A stretch of DNA of 64,000 nucleotides from Pseudomonadota bacterium (GTDB lineage: Bacteria > Bdellovibrionota > UBA2428). The stretch spans positions 2,905 to 66,904 of the forward strand of contig JAGNHS010000006.1 of assembly GCA_018001635.1 (NCBI GenBank), given 5' to 3'. How positions within the stretch are numbered: the first letter of the stretch is position 1; every line of letters begins with the position of its first letter. Shown piece by piece: positions 62,176 to 64,000 of this stretch. The position numbers were made by a program, and so were the translations under genes. Under the pieces are notes generated by a model. That model was not told the DNA's origin, did not search any database, and was given only the letters and a program-made list of their open reading frames with translations.

Positions 62176-62907
62176 ATGTTTGAGAGTCTTTTTGCCTATT
62201 TATCCTCGGCATTTTTATTGGGAGTCTCTCATAGTCTTCAGCCCGGACATGGTAAAACCACAGCCCTAACTTTCGGAACCGATCTCAAGCGCAATTGGGT
62301 TGATCTCGTGATTTTGTCTTTTTCAGCGGCGGCCTTTCAGTTGGCGCTGCTTTTATTTTTAGGTTTGGTTCTTCAGTGGAGCCTTTTTTCATTCTTTAAA
62401 ACAGAGACTAAAACGATTTTTGCTTTAGGTGCTGCTGGGCTTATGGCTTTATGGGGAATTGTTGAAACCATTAGGGCCTCTTTGCAGTATCATTTTAGAA
62501 ATCGTCATCCCGTGAGTCCTTCTGAGTGTTCGTTGATGAAAAAACCATGGCTTCATAAAATTCTAGAACGATCTGTGATTTCTCGTTCTCGATATTTCTC
62601 AAGTTTTTTGGTGGGACTCAGCATTGGACTTATTCCTTGCCCTGTAGCCTTTAGTGGTTTGATGACCAGTCTTTTGAGTAAAGGAATGTTTGCGGCGCTT
62701 ATTTATTCTTCTATGTTTTGTTTGGGAATCGGTTCTGTTTTGCTTTTTTGCGCGAGCTCATTGCGTTGGCCTTTGCCTTTTACAAAAAAGCTTTATGTAT
62801 CTCTTTTGCACTTTGACGATAGGCATCCTTATGCGTTGTCTTTTATGCGTGGAATTGTCCTACTTTTTACGGCACTTTCACTCTTTTTAAATCTCTCTCC
62901 TGCTTGA
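62176..62907 (+). CDS. NicO/RcnA-family nickel/cobalt transporter-like membrane protein
   Basis: Signature HSLQPGHGKT in TM1 and GLIPCP in a later TM. Six or so TM helices. No His-rich loop. ATG 62176 is preferred to the track's TTG at 62170. Confidence 0.7.
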   Translation: MFESLFAYLSSAFLLGVSHSLQPGHGKTTALTFGTDLKRNWVDLVILSFSAAAFQLALLLFLGLVLQWSLFSFFKTETKTIFALGAAGLMALWGIVETIRASLQYHFRNRHPVSPSECSLMKKPWLHKILERSVISRSRYFSSFLVGLSIGLIPCPVAFSGLMTSLLSKGMFAALIYSSMFCLGIGSVLLFCASSLRWPLPFTKKLYVSLLHFDDRHPYALSFMRGIVLLFTALSLFLNLSPA

Positions 62908-63019
62908 GGAGCGCTACGCCCCGCAGCACTCGGGCTTAGAAAATTCACTCTGAAAAAAGTGTGGTAGAGGATAGTAGTCGTGCATGCTATCTTCGCTGCA
63001 GGGAAAGACACCTCTGAAA

Positions 63020-64000
63020 ATGAGCGAAAAACAAAAAATGACATTTAGTCCCTTGGATGGTCGCTATCGAAACGATTTGCCTTGGGAACTTTCAGAAGAG
63101 GCCTCATTATTTTTTCAACTAGAAGTTGAAAAAGCCTGGTTTAAAATACTTATTGAAAAAGGTTTAACTCCAAAAATTTCAGACTCAGATTTAAATAAAG
63201 TTTTCTCAGCCGTGACCCAAGAGAAAATAGATGAAATTGAAAAGACCACTCGGCATGCAACTCGAGCCTTGGTTGAGGCCATCGCAAATGAATTTAAAGC
63301 CCTTGGACAAGTCGATGCGGCTCGTTGGGTTCACGTAGGTCTTACCAGTTTTGATACGGTCGATACTGCGCAAAGATTGCGTTTACGGGCTTATATGGAA
63401 AAAGCCTTTCATCCCGCCTTGGATTCGTTGAAAAAAACTCTTCGCGATTTAGCTCGAAAAAACAAAGACACACTTCAGTGTGGCCGAACTCACGGACAGT
63501 GGGCCGTGCCAACCTTGTTTGGACTAGTCTTCGCAAAGGCTCACGAGCGAATTAGTCAGATTGAGGAGAATCTTAAAAAAGCTACTGAAAGCCTTACGGG
63601 TAAATCCTCTGGTGCCATTGGTGGCTATCATGCTTCGGGACTTCTTTTTGAAAATCCAATTGAAATTGAATCAGAGTTTTTAAAAAAATTGAGCTTAAAG
63701 CGACATTTGTCTTCAACTCAAATTTTACCACCGGAAGATCTTTTGAGTGTGGCTCAGCTTACTTATCAAATTGGATCGGTCGTGGCTAAACTAGCAGAAG
63801 ACCTGCGCCATCTTTCACGTTCAGAAATTGCGGAAGTTGCTGAGGGTTTAGCGCCGGGACAAGTGGGCTCTTCCACTATGCCGCAAAAAAGAAATCCCTG
63901 GAATTTTGAACATGTTTGTTCGCTTTATAAAATTTTACTGACAAAGCTTCAGCTTTTAGAGCTAGACACCATTAGTGAGCATCAAAGAGATTTAACAAAT
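63020..64000 (+). CDS. purB: Adenylosuccinate lyase (5' part, continues beyond window end)
   Basis: Open frame from ATG 63020 (alternative 63038) to the window end. Contains SPLDGRY, TRHATRALVEA, GRTHGQWAVPTLFG and the fumarate-lyase signature GSSTMPQKRNP. Confidence 0.9.
   Translation, partial: MSEKQKMTFSPLDGRYRNDLPWELSEEASLFFQLEVEKAWFKILIEKGLTPKISDSDLNKVFSAVTQEKIDEIEKTTRHATRALVEAIANEFKALGQVDAARWVHVGLTSFDTVDTAQRLRLRAYMEKAFHPALDSLKKTLRDLARKNKDTLQCGRTHGQWAVPTLFGLVFAKAHERISQIEENLKKATESLTGKSSGAIGGYHASGLLFENPIEIESEFLKKLSLKRHLSSTQILPPEDLLSVAQLTYQIGSVVAKLAEDLRHLSRSEIAEVAEGLAPGQVGSSTMPQKRNPWNFEHVCSLYKILLTKLQLLELDTISEHQRDLTN

Noticed and set aside
1-64000. CRISPR arrays, rRNA operons, toxin-antitoxin pairs, restriction-modification or other canonical defence systems
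   Set aside because: I scanned the intergenic regions and ORF products. I found no short direct-repeat/spacer arrays, no cas-like or restriction-modification-like motifs, and no small adjacent gene pairs of toxin-antitoxin type.

Overview
AT-rich, densely coding bacterial chromosomal window with about 50 protein genes and one tRNA-Leu(CAA). I found no rRNA, CRISPR array, integrase or prophage. Clear housekeeping genes are a nuoB-nuoD fusion plus nuoG, bioY, epmA, an RsmB/F-type methyltransferase, bcp, guaB-guaA-purN, purB (partial) and a sigma-54 enhancer-binding protein. Between them lie many genes whose products start with signal-peptide-like N-termini. These include an S1/P1 nuclease, an M28 aminopeptidase, a PGRP-type amidase, a SleB-like hydrolase, a beta-lactamase/GH5-like fusion and an HExxH protein. 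There is also a Zrg-like zinc ABC importer cluster and an orphan type IV pilin-like cluster. This profile would fit a Bdellovibrio-like predatory bacterium, but that is inference only. The stand-out locus is 39760-52463 on the minus strand. It is a tight three-gene operon that looks like a rebuilt version of the conserved PrkA/YeaG - YeaH(DUF444) - SpoVR/YcgB module. It encodes a PrkA-like AAA+ protein, an inserted 2292-aa giant protein with Clp/Hsp100-like AAA+ modules, and a single SpoVR::DUF444 fusion protein. All three have signal-peptide-like N-termini. Secondary points are three long intergenic imperfect palindromes in the same window as a lone RAYT/IS200-like HUH gene, a NuoC-less NuoB-NuoD fusion, and several unusual domain fusions. 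All family calls rest on motif recognition by eye; no searches were run.
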